DNA of 64,000 bases, from contig OZ241322.1 of assembly GCA_965199715.1 (NCBI GenBank), positions 1,632,001-1,696,000 on the forward strand. Direction: 5' to 3'. Numbering within the stretch: position 1 is the first letter of the stretch; every line of letters starts with the position of its first letter. Positions 8,678 to 18,369 of the stretch are shown piece after piece. Position numbers and translations under genes: made by a program. The notes below the pieces were generated by a model, which made no database searches, had not been told where the DNA came from, and saw only the letters and a list, made by a program, of their open reading frames with translations. Origin of the DNA: Vicinamibacteria bacterium (GTDB lineage Bacteria > Acidobacteriota > Vicinamibacteria > Marinacidobacterales > Marinacidobacteraceae).

Positions 8678-9532
8678 GTGGGTGACCTGATCTCGATCCT
8701 CGCGTCGGGGATCCTCGTGGGCGCGGTGTACGCCTACATGGCGTACGGCCTCGGGCTCATCTACGGCGTGCTGCGGGTCATCAACCTCGCGCACGGGGCC
8801 TTCCTCACGCTGGGGGTCTATGTGACGTGGTGGCTTCACGCCACCTTCGGACTGGATCCGCTGCTGTCGCTTCTCGTGACCGCCCCGCTCGGCTTCCTGC
8901 TGGGCGCGGGCCTCGAGCGCTCGCTGGTCTTCCGGCTGCGCGACTCGCCTCCGGTCTCGACGCTGCTGCTGCTCTTCGGCGTGTGGCTCGTGGTCCGCAA
9001 CGCGCTCTATCTCGTCTTCGGGGGGGCCGACCGCTCGCTGCTGACCTCGTGGTCCATGGACGCCGTCAACCTTGGCGCGCTGACCCTCAGCCTTCCCCGT
9101 CTCGTGGTCGCCGGCTTCTCGCTTCTCGGATTCGTCGTGCTGGCGATCGTCATGAAGCGCACGTGGGCCGGGCTCGCGCTCCGCGCGGCGGCGCAGGACC
9201 GTGAGGCGGCCTCGCTCTCCGGCATTCCGGTGAACCGGGTGTGGGCGATCGCGTTCGGCATCGGCTCGGCGCTCGCCATGTCCGCGGGCAGCCTGATGTC
9301 GCTGTTCTACTCGGTCACCCCCGAGTTCGGCGCGAGGTTCCTGCTCAAGAGCTTTTGCGTGGTCGTGCTGGGCGGACTCACGAACATCGGCGGGATCCTG
9401 ATCGCCGGCATCGGGCTCGGCGTCGCCGAGGACCTCACCGCGTTCTACCTGCACGCCGGCTACCGCGACGTGGTCAGCTTCCTCGTCCTCACCGCCGCGC
9501 TCGTGCTGCGCCGGCCGGAGTCGGATGTCTGA
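8678..9532 (+). CDS. livH: Branched-chain amino acid ABC permease LivH
   Basis: GLGLIYGVLRVINLAHG, GLALRAAAQDREAASLSGI, VVLGGL. Confidence 0.92.
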   Translation: MGDLISILASGILVGAVYAYMAYGLGLIYGVLRVINLAHGAFLTLGVYVTWWLHATFGLDPLLSLLVTAPLGFLLGAGLERSLVFRLRDSPPVSTLLLLFGVWLVVRNALYLVFGGADRSLLTSWSMDAVNLGALTLSLPRLVVAGFSLLGFVVLAIVMKRTWAGLALRAAAQDREAASLSGIPVNRVWAIAFGIGSALAMSAGSLMSLFYSVTPEFGARFLLKSFCVVVLGGLTNIGGILIAGIGLGVAEDLTAFYLHAGYRDVVSFLVLTAALVLRRPESDV

Positions 9533-10490
9533 GATCGCGTCGGCGCGAGCGCAGGCCCGGCGCGCGCTGCGCGTGCGCTGGCTGCTCGGAGCCGCGGTCG
9601 TCCTCGCGCTCGCCGCGCCGGTTCTGGCCACGAACCCGTACGCGATGCGGCTCGCGCACCTCGCGTTCCTGAACGTGCTGCTCGCGAGCGCATGGAACCT
9701 GATCGGCGGCTTCGCCGGCCAGACCTCCTTCGGAAACGCGTCGCTCTTCGGGATCGGGGCCTACGTCAGCGCGATGCTGTGGATCGGCGGCCTCCACCCG
9801 CTGCTGACGCTCCCGGCGGCCGCGCTCGTCGCCGGGCTCTACGGAGTTCTCTGGGGCTGGCCCTGTCTGCGCCTGCGCGGTCCCTACTTCGCCATCGCGA
9901 CCATCGGAATCTCGGAAGCCACGCGGGTGCTCGTGAACAACGTGGACGCGACCGGCGGCGCTTCCGGGCTGACGCTGCCGATCGACGAGACCTTCGGCTC
10001 GATCGCGCTCTACGCGCTCGGCGCGGTCCTCGCACTGACGGCGATCCTGGCGAGCCACGTCATGCTCTACTCGCGCCTCGGACTCGGACTCCGGGCGCTG
10101 CGCGAGGACTGGCGGGCGGCCGCCGCCGCCGGCGTGCCGGTGGCGCGCCAGCAGGTGGCGGCGTTTGCGGTGACCGCCGCGCTGACCGGTCTCGGGGGCG
10201 CCTACTACGGCTTCATAACGCTGTACATCGTGCCCGAGAAGGTCTTCGGCTTCGACCTGTCCATCAGCCTCGTCCTGATGGCGCTGATCGGCGGCCTCGG
10301 CACCGTGGCCGGCCCGGTGCTCGGCGCCCTCATCTTCCTGGTGCTGGAGCAGTTCGTGCTGGCCAGCTTCGCCGATATCCACCTCGCGGCGTTCGGGGTC
10401 CTGCTGATCCTCATCATCCTGTTCGAGCCGCGCGGGCTCTGGCCGCGGCTGGAGCGCATGGTCCGCAGCCTGCGCCGGAGGGCGGCGTGA
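9525..10490 (+). CDS. livM: Branched-chain amino acid ABC permease LivM
   Basis: WNLIGGFAGQTSFG, LRLRGPYFAIAT, LIGGLGT, PRGL. Confidence 0.92.
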   Translation: MSEIASARAQARRALRVRWLLGAAVVLALAAPVLATNPYAMRLAHLAFLNVLLASAWNLIGGFAGQTSFGNASLFGIGAYVSAMLWIGGLHPLLTLPAAALVAGLYGVLWGWPCLRLRGPYFAIATIGISEATRVLVNNVDATGGASGLTLPIDETFGSIALYALGAVLALTAILASHVMLYSRLGLGLRALREDWRAAAAAGVPVARQQVAAFAVTAALTGLGGAYYGFITLYIVPEKVFGFDLSISLVLMALIGGLGTVAGPVLGALIFLVLEQFVLASFADIHLAAFGVLLILIILFEPRGLWPRLERMVRSLRRRAA

Positions 10491-11230
10491 GCGACGTCCT
10501 GCTCGAAGCCCGGAATCTGGGGCGCCGCTTCGGCGGCCTGACCGCACTCCATGGCGTGGACCTGAAGCTGCGCGAGGGCGAGATCCTCGGCCTCATCGGA
10601 CCGAACGGAGCGGGCAAGACCACGCTCTTCAACCTCCTCAGCGGAATGCTCCCGCCCACCGGGGGCTCGGTCCGCCTCCGCGGCCGGCGCATCGACGGGC
10701 TGCTGCCGCATCGGATCCGTCGGCTCGGGGTCGCCCGCACCTTTCAGGTGCCGCGCCCGTTCCTGAACATGACCGTCTTCGAAAACGTTCTCGTGGGCTC
10801 GCAGTACGGCGGCGCGCTGTTTCAGGGAGGCCGGTTGCGCTCCGTCGCCGCGGAAGCCGAGGCCGCGCTCGAGCGCACCGGGCTCGCCGACCGGCGGGAC
10901 GCGCTCGCTTCGGAACTGAACCTGTCGGCGCGCCGTCGGCTCGAACTGGCCCGCGCCATCGCCGCCGGCCCCTCCATTCTGCTGGTGGACGAGGTCGCCG
11001 CGGGGCTGAACCCGGTCGAGGCGCGGGAGACGGTCGCGCTGCTTCGGGAGGTCCACGCGACCGGCATCGCCATGATCTACGTCGAGCACATGATCGAGGC
11101 CGTCCTCGAACTCTCGGACCGGATCCAGGTCATCGAGCACGGCGAGACCATCGCCGTGGGGTCGCCCCGCGAAGTGACCGCGAATCCGAGGGTGATCGCC
11201 GCCTATCTCGGACAGGAGCCGGCGTCGTGA
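10487..11230 (+). CDS. livG: ABC ATP-binding protein LivG
   Basis: GTG start at 10487; GPNGAGKTT, ARTFQ, LLVDE, VEH, VIAAYLG. Confidence 0.93.
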   Translation: MSDVLLEARNLGRRFGGLTALHGVDLKLREGEILGLIGPNGAGKTTLFNLLSGMLPPTGGSVRLRGRRIDGLLPHRIRRLGVARTFQVPRPFLNMTVFENVLVGSQYGGALFQGGRLRSVAAEAEAALERTGLADRRDALASELNLSARRRLELARAIAAGPSILLVDEVAAGLNPVEARETVALLREVHATGIAMIYVEHMIEAVLELSDRIQVIEHGETIAVGSPREVTANPRVIAAYLGQEPAS

Positions 11231-11958
11231 GCCTGCTCGAAATCCGCGATCTGCACGTGGACCGGGGCGGGGTGCGGGCGCTGCGCGGCATCTCGCTGCA
11301 GGTCGAGGAACGCGAGGTGGTCGCGCTGCTCGGGGCGAACGGAGCCGGAAAGACCACCACGCTGCGGGCCGTCAGCGGCCTCTCCGCGCCCCGGTCCGGC
11401 GAGGTGCGATTCCTCGGGGCGCCGCTCGCCGGTTCGTCCGCTGCCGCGATCGTCGGCGCGCGGATCGCCCACGTTCCCGAAGGCAGCCGGGTCTGGCCGG
11501 GCATGACGGTGCTGGAGAACCTGCGCCTCGGCGCCTGGTCGCTCGCGGATCGCGCGGCCCGACTGGAGGAGCGCCTCGAATGGGTGTTCGGGCTGTTGCC
11601 GCGGCTCGAGGAGCGCTCCCGGCAGCTCGCCGGCACGCTCTCGGGCGGCGAACGTCAGATGGCCGCGATCGGCCGCGCCCTCATGGCCGGACCCCGGCTG
11701 CTGCTCATGGACGAGCCGTCGCTCGGCCTCGCGCCGCGCGTCGTGGACACGGTCTTCGAGACGATCGACGCGATCCGGCGCGAGGGAGTCGCGGTGCTGC
11801 TCGTCGAGCAGAACGTGGCGCGGGCGCTGCGCGTGGCGGTTCGGGGCTACGTGCTCGAGAACGGCCGGATCACCAAGGAAGGCCCGTCCGAGGAGCTGCT
11901 CAACAACCCCGAGGTCCAGCGGGCCTACCTCGGAAAGTGGGCCGCCGGAACCGGCTGA
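11227..11958 (+). CDS. livF: ABC ATP-binding protein LivF
   Basis: GANGAGKTT, VPEG, LSGGERQM, MDEPSLGLAP, VEQN, AYLG. Confidence 0.94.
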   Translation: MSLLEIRDLHVDRGGVRALRGISLQVEEREVVALLGANGAGKTTTLRAVSGLSAPRSGEVRFLGAPLAGSSAAAIVGARIAHVPEGSRVWPGMTVLENLRLGAWSLADRAARLEERLEWVFGLLPRLEERSRQLAGTLSGGERQMAAIGRALMAGPRLLLMDEPSLGLAPRVVDTVFETIDAIRREGVAVLLVEQNVARALRVAVRGYVLENGRITKEGPSEELLNNPEVQRAYLGKWAAGTG

Positions 11959-11968
11959 GCCCGCGGCC

Positions 11969-13345
11969 CTACTCGGTGAGCCAGTCGGTCAGCGCGACGA
12001 ACTCGCCGTTCTCGATCCGCTTCAGGGTCACGGCGTCCATCCCGCGGTGATTCTCCTCGGTGAAGGAGATCGGGTGGCCGATGAAGCCGTTCCACCCGTC
12101 GAGCGTCTCCAGCGCGCGCAGCAGGCCGATGCGCGTCAGGTCGGGCCCGGCGCGCTCCATGCCCTCGTGCATGAGCTGCGCCCACGCGAGGCCCAGGAGC
12201 GTGAAGTCGCCGAAGGTCAGCTCCGGCGCGTGCTGCGCGAGGATCTCGCGGGCCTGCCGGAGTTGCTCGCTGTTCTCCTGGAGATCGGGAGTGGCCGACG
12301 CGACCACCGCGCCCTCGAGCGCCCCGTCGGCGAAGACCACGGCGCTCGGGTCCGCCATGGCGAGTCCGCCGAGCACCAGCGGGTCCCAGTCGTCCTCGTC
12401 GGCGATGGCGCGGGCCACCATGGCGCTGAACTCGGAAAGCCCCCAGACCACGACCGCGTCGGCGCGCTGCTCGCGGAGGAAGGTGACAGCGTCCTCAAGG
12501 CCGCTGCCGTCCACGCCGACGCGCTGGACACCCACGTTCTCGGGAGCCGCCTCCGGCCGCCCCCACGATCCGCCCTCGGACCGCTGGACCTGCCATAGGA
12601 CGCCGGGACCGGACGCGGGCTCCTCGAGCCATCCCTCGCTCGCCGGATCGCCGGTCCGCGGGCGGCGCGGGCGGCCGTTGATGCGCGCGTACCGCACTTC
12701 CATGCCTTGCGGCAGCGCGTCCCGGAGCTCTTGGTAGAAGGCCCGAACGCCGAGTCGGTAGCCCTCCTGTCCGATGGAGCCGAACTGCGTGGCCTCGACG
12801 ATGGAGCCGATCCGCCGCGCGCCGAGCTCGGACAGCGCGTACTTGGAGACGACCCTGCCCGCCGTCACCGACGACGGGAACATGGAGAAGGTGTAGGCGT
12901 TGATCGGCTCGGTCCAGACCGGGGAGCTCGACCCCGGGTTGACCCACGGCGTCAGACGGTTCCAGACATCGTCCTTGACGGCGAGAGCGGTGTCCGACCC
13001 CATGCCGCCGACCAGCGCGAACACTTGGTCGTCGCGCAGCAGCTCCGTCACGAGCGGCGGGGTCATTTCCGGGTCGCCCTGGTCGTCCTTGATGATGAGC
13101 CGGACGTTCCGACCGTGCACGCCGCCCTGGGCGTTCACCCAGTCGAAGTAGGCCGACGTGGCGAGCGCCACGTCCCCGAGCGCGGTCACCGGCCCGGACA
13201 GGGGCGCGAACGTTCCGAGCACGATCTCCTCGCCGGAAACGCCGACGTCGGGCCCGCCGCACGAAGCGAGGGCGAGAGCGCCGGAAAGCGCTGCGGCGCA
13301 AAGGCCGGAGCGGGACAGGGAATTACTGTTTCGGGACCAATGCAA
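11969..13345 (-). CDS. Second LivJ-type ABC substrate-binding lipoprotein, with an internal insertion
   Basis: Lipobox LASC; GVSGEEIVLGTFAPLSGP, VNAQGGVHGR, DDQGDP. Start approximate. Confidence 0.88.
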   Translation of the reverse strand: MHWSRNSNSLSRSGLCAAALSGALALASCGGPDVGVSGEEIVLGTFAPLSGPVTALGDVALATSAYFDWVNAQGGVHGRNVRLIIKDDQGDPEMTPPLVTELLRDDQVFALVGGMGSDTALAVKDDVWNRLTPWVNPGSSSPVWTEPINAYTFSMFPSSVTAGRVVSKYALSELGARRIGSIVEATQFGSIGQEGYRLGVRAFYQELRDALPQGMEVRYARINGRPRRPRTGDPASEGWLEEPASGPGVLWQVQRSEGGSWGRPEAAPENVGVQRVGVDGSGLEDAVTFLREQRADAVVVWGLSEFSAMVARAIADEDDWDPLVLGGLAMADPSAVVFADGALEGAVVASATPDLQENSEQLRQAREILAQHAPELTFGDFTLLGLAWAQLMHEGMERAGPDLTRIGLLRALETLDGWNGFIGHPISFTEENHRGMDAVTLKRIENGEFVALTDWLTE

Positions 13346-13431
13346 GGGCGAGCCTCCGGGCCGGACGGACCTAGTTGGCGGCGAATTCTACCATATGGGT
13401 TCCGCCCCCCCGCCGGCGGCGAAACCGGTCG

Positions 13432-13737
13432 CTACGCGCCTTCGGAAGCGGCGTTCGCCTCGGCGGCCAGCCGCGCCTTCCGGCGAGCCCACGCGGCCTT
13501 GATCGCGGCGCTCCGGCGCGGGTTCACCTTCTTCACGGCCGCCTTCTTCCGCGCGGTCTTCTTCCTGGGCGCGGGAGCCGCCGAAGCGGCGACGGCGATG
13601 GGTTCGTCAGCGGCTTCGGGAGCCTCGAACGAAATCTCGATCACGAGGCGACCGAGCGAACGAACCTGCGCCGGCGCGGTGACCTGGGCCGTGACGGTCT
13701 TGCGCCGGGCGGCCTTCTTTCTGGCCTTTTTCTTCAT
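13432..13737 (-). CDS. Lys/Ala-rich histone H1-like putative nucleoid protein
   Basis: MKKKARKKAARRK...KKTARKKAAVKK...RSAAIKAAWARRKA. A minus-strand TTGGAC-17-TAGGCT promoter-like sequence lies upstream (~13828-13857). Confidence 0.65.
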   Translation of the reverse strand: MKKKARKKAARRKTVTAQVTAPAQVRSLGRLVIEISFEAPEAADEPIAVAASAAPAPRKKTARKKAAVKKVNPRRSAAIKAAWARRKARLAAEANAASEGA

Positions 13738-13880
13738 GGATGACTCTTTCGGAATGCGAGGCGAACTCATGTCGCGCACGCGGTCTCGGAAGCGATGGGC
13801 GTGACCCCCCCACCAGATCAGAAAACAAAGCCTAACATCGGCGTAACACGCGTCCAATCCATGATTGCTACTCTCAGTGC

Positions 13881-14726
13881 GTGACGGAAACGCCCAGCCG
13901 CATCGGAATCGTCGCCGGCTACCTGAAGATCGAACACACGTTGTTCTCGGTTCCGCTCATCTACGCCGGAGCGCTTCTCGCCGAGACGCCGCTGACGCTT
14001 CGCACGGCGTTCCTCATTCTGGTCGCCGCGACCGGAGCCCGTACTGCGGCGCTCGGCCTGAACCGCATTCTGGATCGCCGGCTCGACGCGAAGAATCCAC
14101 GCACCGCCGGCCGGGCGCTGCCGTCGGGAGCGATGTCGCTGAAAGCGGCCGTCTGGCTGCTCGCCGGCGCGATCGCCGTCTATGTCGCCGGAGCCTGGGC
14201 CATTTCTCCGAAGTGCCTCATCTACGCGCCGTTTCCGCTCATCGCTTTCACCGTGTACCCCCTGTTGAAGCGATGGACGAAGTGGGCGCATCTGGGGGTC
14301 GGAACCGGGCTGGCGCTCGGCCCGCTGGCCGCGTACTACGCCGTCGAATTGAGCTGGGGCGGCGCGCTCCCGGCGTTGCTGCTCGCGCTGTTCACGCTCT
14401 TCTGGGCTTCCGGCTTCGATGTCCTCTACGCCACGCTGGACGAAGATTCGGACCGGAAACACGGGGTGCATTCGCTTCCCGCCGATCTTGGCCGGGCGGC
14501 GGCGTTCCGCATCTCGCAAGCATTCCACGCCGTCGCGTTCGCTTGTCTCCTGTTGCTTCACGGCGCGGCGCTCGCCGGCGTCGCCGGCTTGACGCTGTTC
14601 GTGCTCGCCGGCGGGCTCTTTCTCGCGCAGCACCGGTTCCGCGAACACGTCGAGTTCGCGTTCTTTCACGTGAATTCGGCTCTCGGTTTCGTCGTGTTCG
14701 CCGGCGTGTTCGCGGCGGCCCCCTGA
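13881..14726 (+). CDS. mqnP: UbiA-family prenyltransferase of the futalosine pathway
   Basis: KIEHTLFS, NRILDRRLDAKNPRT..RALPSG, GFDVLYATLDEDSD; first gene of the mqn cluster. Confidence 0.88.
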   Translation: MTETPSRIGIVAGYLKIEHTLFSVPLIYAGALLAETPLTLRTAFLILVAATGARTAALGLNRILDRRLDAKNPRTAGRALPSGAMSLKAAVWLLAGAIAVYVAGAWAISPKCLIYAPFPLIAFTVYPLLKRWTKWAHLGVGTGLALGPLAAYYAVELSWGGALPALLLALFTLFWASGFDVLYATLDEDSDRKHGVHSLPADLGRAAAFRISQAFHAVAFACLLLLHGAALAGVAGLTLFVLAGGLFLAQHRFREHVEFAFFHVNSALGFVVFAGVFAAAP

Positions 14727-14727
14727 C

Positions 14728-15285
14728 ATGCGCATCGTCGTCGGAATCTCCGGATCCTCGGGAGCCGCGTACGGGCTGCGGTTTCTCGAGAAATGCCCGG
14801 GCGAACGCCATCTCATCGTGTCGCGCTGGGGCGCGGAAGTGCTTCGCCTCGAATGCGGCGTGTCCGCAAGCGAACTGGCGACGAAGGCCACCCGCGTGTA
14901 TCGGGACTCGGACCTCGCCGCGCCATGGTCTTCCGGGTCGAACCGTCACGACGCGCTGGTGCTGATTCCGTGCAGCCTGTCCACGCTCGGCAAGGTGTCC
15001 GCCGGCGTCGCCGACACGCTCATCACCCGCGCCGCGCAGGTCGCCCTGAAGGAGCGCATGAAGCTCGTGCTCTGCGTGCGGGAGACCCCGTGGTCCACCA
15101 TCACGCTCCGCAACGCGCTGCGGGTGTCCGAGGCGGGCGGCGTGGTCATGCCGGTCGCGCCGCCGTGGTACCGCCAGCCGGAATCCATGGAGCAGGTGGT
15201 GGACGGCTTCGTGGACAAGGTCCTCGGCGTGCTCGGCCTCCCTTCGGGCCCAGGTTGGCGCGAGGAGGACACGGGCGCGGGCTAG
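14728..15285 (+). CDS. ubiX: Flavin prenyltransferase UbiX
   Basis: VVGISGSSG, SSGS, PCSLSTL, RAAQVALKE, RETP. Confidence 0.93.
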   Translation: MRIVVGISGSSGAAYGLRFLEKCPGERHLIVSRWGAEVLRLECGVSASELATKATRVYRDSDLAAPWSSGSNRHDALVLIPCSLSTLGKVSAGVADTLITRAAQVALKERMKLVLCVRETPWSTITLRNALRVSEAGGVVMPVAPPWYRQPESMEQVVDGFVDKVLGVLGLPSGPGWREEDTGAG

Positions 15286-15303
15286 AATTCGGGGTCCGAT
15301 GCA

Positions 15304-16431
15304 TTGGAGATTGCACGTTTGACGCCCGTCCACGGCATTGCGTTTCGCGACCCCGCGCTCGTCCCGATCTGGGAGAAGGTTCTCGGCGGGGAGCGCCTCG
15401 ACCACGCCGACGGCCTCGCCCTTCTCGGCACCGGCGACCTGCCGGCTCTCGGGCGCATGGCCGACCACGCCGCCCGAGCCCGCAACGGGGACCGGGTGCA
15501 GTTCGTGGTGAACCGGCAGATCAACCCGACGAACCTCTGCGTCCTCTCCTGCGTCTTCTGCGACTTCGCCGCGAAGCCCGGCGACGACCACGCCTACGAG
15601 CAGAGCATGGAGCAGGTGCTGGCCCAGGTCTCGTCCGAGCTCTCCGAGGTGCACATCGTCGGCGGGCTCCACCCCAAGTGGAAGTTCGACCGCTACCTCG
15701 AGATCGTCAGCGAGATCCGCCGCAACTTCCCGACCGTCCAGATCAAGGCCTGGACCGCGGTCGAGATCGACTGGTTCGCCCGGCTCGAGCGGGCTCCGGT
15801 GGAGGACATCCTCATCCGCCTCAAGGAGGCGGGCCTCGACAGCCTTCCCGGCGGCGGCGCCGAGGTGTTCTCCGACCGGGTGCGCCAGGAGACCTTCCGC
15901 ACCAAGATCGGGCACGAGCGCTGGTTCGAGATCCACCGCACCGCCCACGAGCTCGGAATCATGTCCAACGCGACGCTCCTGTACGGGCACATCGAGACGT
16001 GGGCCGAGCGCGTGGATCACATGCTCCAGTTGCGGGAAGCGCAGGATCGCAGCGAAGGCGCCCCCGCCGGATTCGCGTCCTTCATCCCGCTCGCGCTCCA
16101 GCCGGGGAACACCGGCCTCGCCGAGCGCCAGGCCTCGGTGCTGGAAGATCTGCGGACCGTGGCGTGCGCCCGCCTGCTGCTCGACAACGTCCCCCACATC
16201 AAGGCCTACTGGGTGATGCTGGGCGAGGATTCGGCGGCCATGGCGCTCAACTTCGGCGCGAGCGATCTGGACGGAACGATCGGCGAGGAAAAGATCGCCC
16301 ACTTCGCGCAGGCCGAGAGCCCCATCGGGCTCGCCCGCGAGCGGCTGGTCCGGATGATCCGCGACGCCGGCAAGACGCCGGTGGAACGCGACGCGCTCTA
16401 CAACGTGGTCCGCGTCTGGAAGGCCGCCTGA
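15304..16431 (+). CDS. mqnE: Aminofutalosine synthase MqnE (radical SAM)
   Basis: NPTNLCVLSCVFCDF, EVHIVGGLHP, PGGGAE, NATLLYGHIET, HIKAYWVMLG. Confidence 0.92.
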   Translation: MEIARLTPVHGIAFRDPALVPIWEKVLGGERLDHADGLALLGTGDLPALGRMADHAARARNGDRVQFVVNRQINPTNLCVLSCVFCDFAAKPGDDHAYEQSMEQVLAQVSSELSEVHIVGGLHPKWKFDRYLEIVSEIRRNFPTVQIKAWTAVEIDWFARLERAPVEDILIRLKEAGLDSLPGGGAEVFSDRVRQETFRTKIGHERWFEIHRTAHELGIMSNATLLYGHIETWAERVDHMLQLREAQDRSEGAPAGFASFIPLALQPGNTGLAERQASVLEDLRTVACARLLLDNVPHIKAYWVMLGEDSAAMALNFGASDLDGTIGEEKIAHFAQAESPIGLARERLVRMIRDAGKTPVERDALYNVVRVWKAA

Positions 16432-16456
16432 GTCCCGCTCGGGCACAACGCCGCGC

Positions 16457-17224
16457 ATGCGCCTCCTCATCGGTCAGCTCGCCTACCTGAACACCATGCC
16501 CTTCGAGCCGCTCGAGGGCGTGCGCATCTTCCGCGACACCCCGTCGGGAATCGGGCAGCTCGCGACCGCGGGCGAGCTGGACGGGGGCATCCTCTCGGTC
16601 GCCGATCTCCTTCGGAACGAGGACCGGTACAGCCCGCTGACCGTCCGCGGAAGGGCCTTCGGGATCGCCTGCCGGGAACAGGCGGGCAGCGTGTTCCTGC
16701 TGTCGCGGCGCCCGCCGGAGGAGCTGGGCGGCCGGACCATCGGGATCAGCACCGAGACCTCGACCTCGGTGCTGCTGCTGCGGCTGTGGCTCGAACGCCG
16801 TCTCGGGGTCGAGGATCTCCGCTACGAACGGGGCCTCGCAAGGGAGCGCGAGGCGGTGCTGGTGATCGGAGACGAGGCGCTTCGGGAGCGCGAGCGTCCC
16901 GACGCGGACTTCCCGTGGCGCGTGGACCTCGCCGCCGCGTGGCGCGAGTGGACCCGCCTGCCGTTCGTTTTCGCCGTCTGGTGCGCGCGCAAGTCGCTGC
17001 TCCTCCCGGCGCGGGAACGGCTCGCAGCGACCGTGGACGCCGCGATCACGAGCGGGATCGCCCGCATCCCCGAAATCGCCGCGAACGTGGCCGGGCCGCT
17101 CGGCGACGCGGCCACCCTCAGCGACTATCTTTCCGACTTCACCTACCGTTTCGGAACGAAGGAGCATGAGGGCCTCGAGCGCTTCCGCCGACTCGTCCGC
17201 GAACACGGGCTGCTGACCGCATGA
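16457..17224 (+). CDS. mqnA: Chorismate dehydratase MqnA
   Basis: YLNTMP, SVFLLS, TSVLLL, VIGDEAL, DL...W..WTRLPFVFAVW. Confidence 0.88.
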   Translation: MRLLIGQLAYLNTMPFEPLEGVRIFRDTPSGIGQLATAGELDGGILSVADLLRNEDRYSPLTVRGRAFGIACREQAGSVFLLSRRPPEELGGRTIGISTETSTSVLLLRLWLERRLGVEDLRYERGLAREREAVLVIGDEALRERERPDADFPWRVDLAAAWREWTRLPFVFAVWCARKSLLLPARERLAATVDAAITSGIARIPEIAANVAGPLGDAATLSDYLSDFTYRFGTKEHEGLERFRRLVREHGLLTA

Positions 17225-18303
17225 CGTCCACCGAGCGCATCCGCGAGAAGGTCGGGTCCGGCGAGCGCCTCGACCGCGCCGACGCGCTGTGGTTGCTCGA
17301 AGGCGCCGCGCTGCTCGAGGTCGGCGAGCTCGCGAACCACGTGCGGTTCCGCCGCCACCCGGCGCCCGAGGTCACGTTCGTCGTCGATACGAACCCGAAC
17401 TACACGAACGTCTGCGAGGTGGACTGCACCTTCTGCGCGTTCTACCGCGCCCCCGGCCACGAGGAGGCGTACACCCGCTCGGTCCCGGAAATGCTGGACA
17501 GCATCGGCCGCGCCGTCGAGAAGGGCGCCACCACGGTGCTGCTCCAGGGGGGCGTGAACGAATCGCTCCCGCTCGAGTACTACGTGGATCTGGTCCGCGG
17601 CGCGAAGGAGCGGTTTCCGGACGTGACCCCGCACTTCTGGTCGGCGGTCGAGATCGAGGGCATGGCCAAGGTGAGCGGGCTGTCGATCCGGGAAGTGCTC
17701 CAGGCGCTCCAGGAGGCCGGCCAGGACACCCTGCCCGGCGGCGGGGCGGAAATCCTCGCCGACCGAATCCGGCGGAAGATCTCGCACAAGAAGGGCGGGG
17801 CCGCCCACTGGCTGGACGTCCACCGGGAAGCGCACGCGCTCGGCTGGCGCAGCACCGCCACGATGATGTACGGCCACGTGGAGACTTCCGAGGACGTGGT
17901 CGAGCACCTGATGCACATCCGCGACCTGCAGGACGAGCACGGGGGGTTCACCGCGTTCGTGCCGTGGAGCTTCAAGCCGGGGAACACGCCGCTCGTCAAG
18001 AAGATCCCGCAGTACGCGGGGCCGAACGACTACCTGCGCATCCTGGCGGCCTCGCGCCTCGTGCTCGACAACTTCGACCACATCCAGGCGTCGTGGTTCA
18101 GCGAGGGCAAGAAGGCCGGCCAGGTCGGCCTGCACTGGGGCGCGGACGACTTCGGCGGCACGCTGCTCGAGGAGAACGTGCACGCCTGCACCGGCTTCGT
18201 GAACAAGACCAGCTTCGACGAGGTGCGGATCCTCATCCGGGAGGCCGGATTCGAGCCCGTCCAGCGGGACACCCGGTACAATGTCCTCCGCCGGTTCGAC
18301 TGA
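17221..18303 (+). CDS. mqnC: Cyclic dehypoxanthine futalosine synthase MqnC (radical SAM)
   Basis: NYTNVCEVDCTFCAF, LLQGG, PGGGAEIL, TATMMYGH, HIQASW, GADDFGG. Confidence 0.92.
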   Translation: MTSTERIREKVGSGERLDRADALWLLEGAALLEVGELANHVRFRRHPAPEVTFVVDTNPNYTNVCEVDCTFCAFYRAPGHEEAYTRSVPEMLDSIGRAVEKGATTVLLQGGVNESLPLEYYVDLVRGAKERFPDVTPHFWSAVEIEGMAKVSGLSIREVLQALQEAGQDTLPGGGAEILADRIRRKISHKKGGAAHWLDVHREAHALGWRSTATMMYGHVETSEDVVEHLMHIRDLQDEHGGFTAFVPWSFKPGNTPLVKKIPQYAGPNDYLRILAASRLVLDNFDHIQASWFSEGKKAGQVGLHWGADDFGGTLLEENVHACTGFVNKTSFDEVRILIREAGFEPVQRDTRYNVLRRFD

Positions 18304-18369
18304 CCCGGGCCCGGTGGACTCCGACTCCGTTCCTGAACCCGGGGCCGGCGACCCCGGCCGGGGCGCGGC

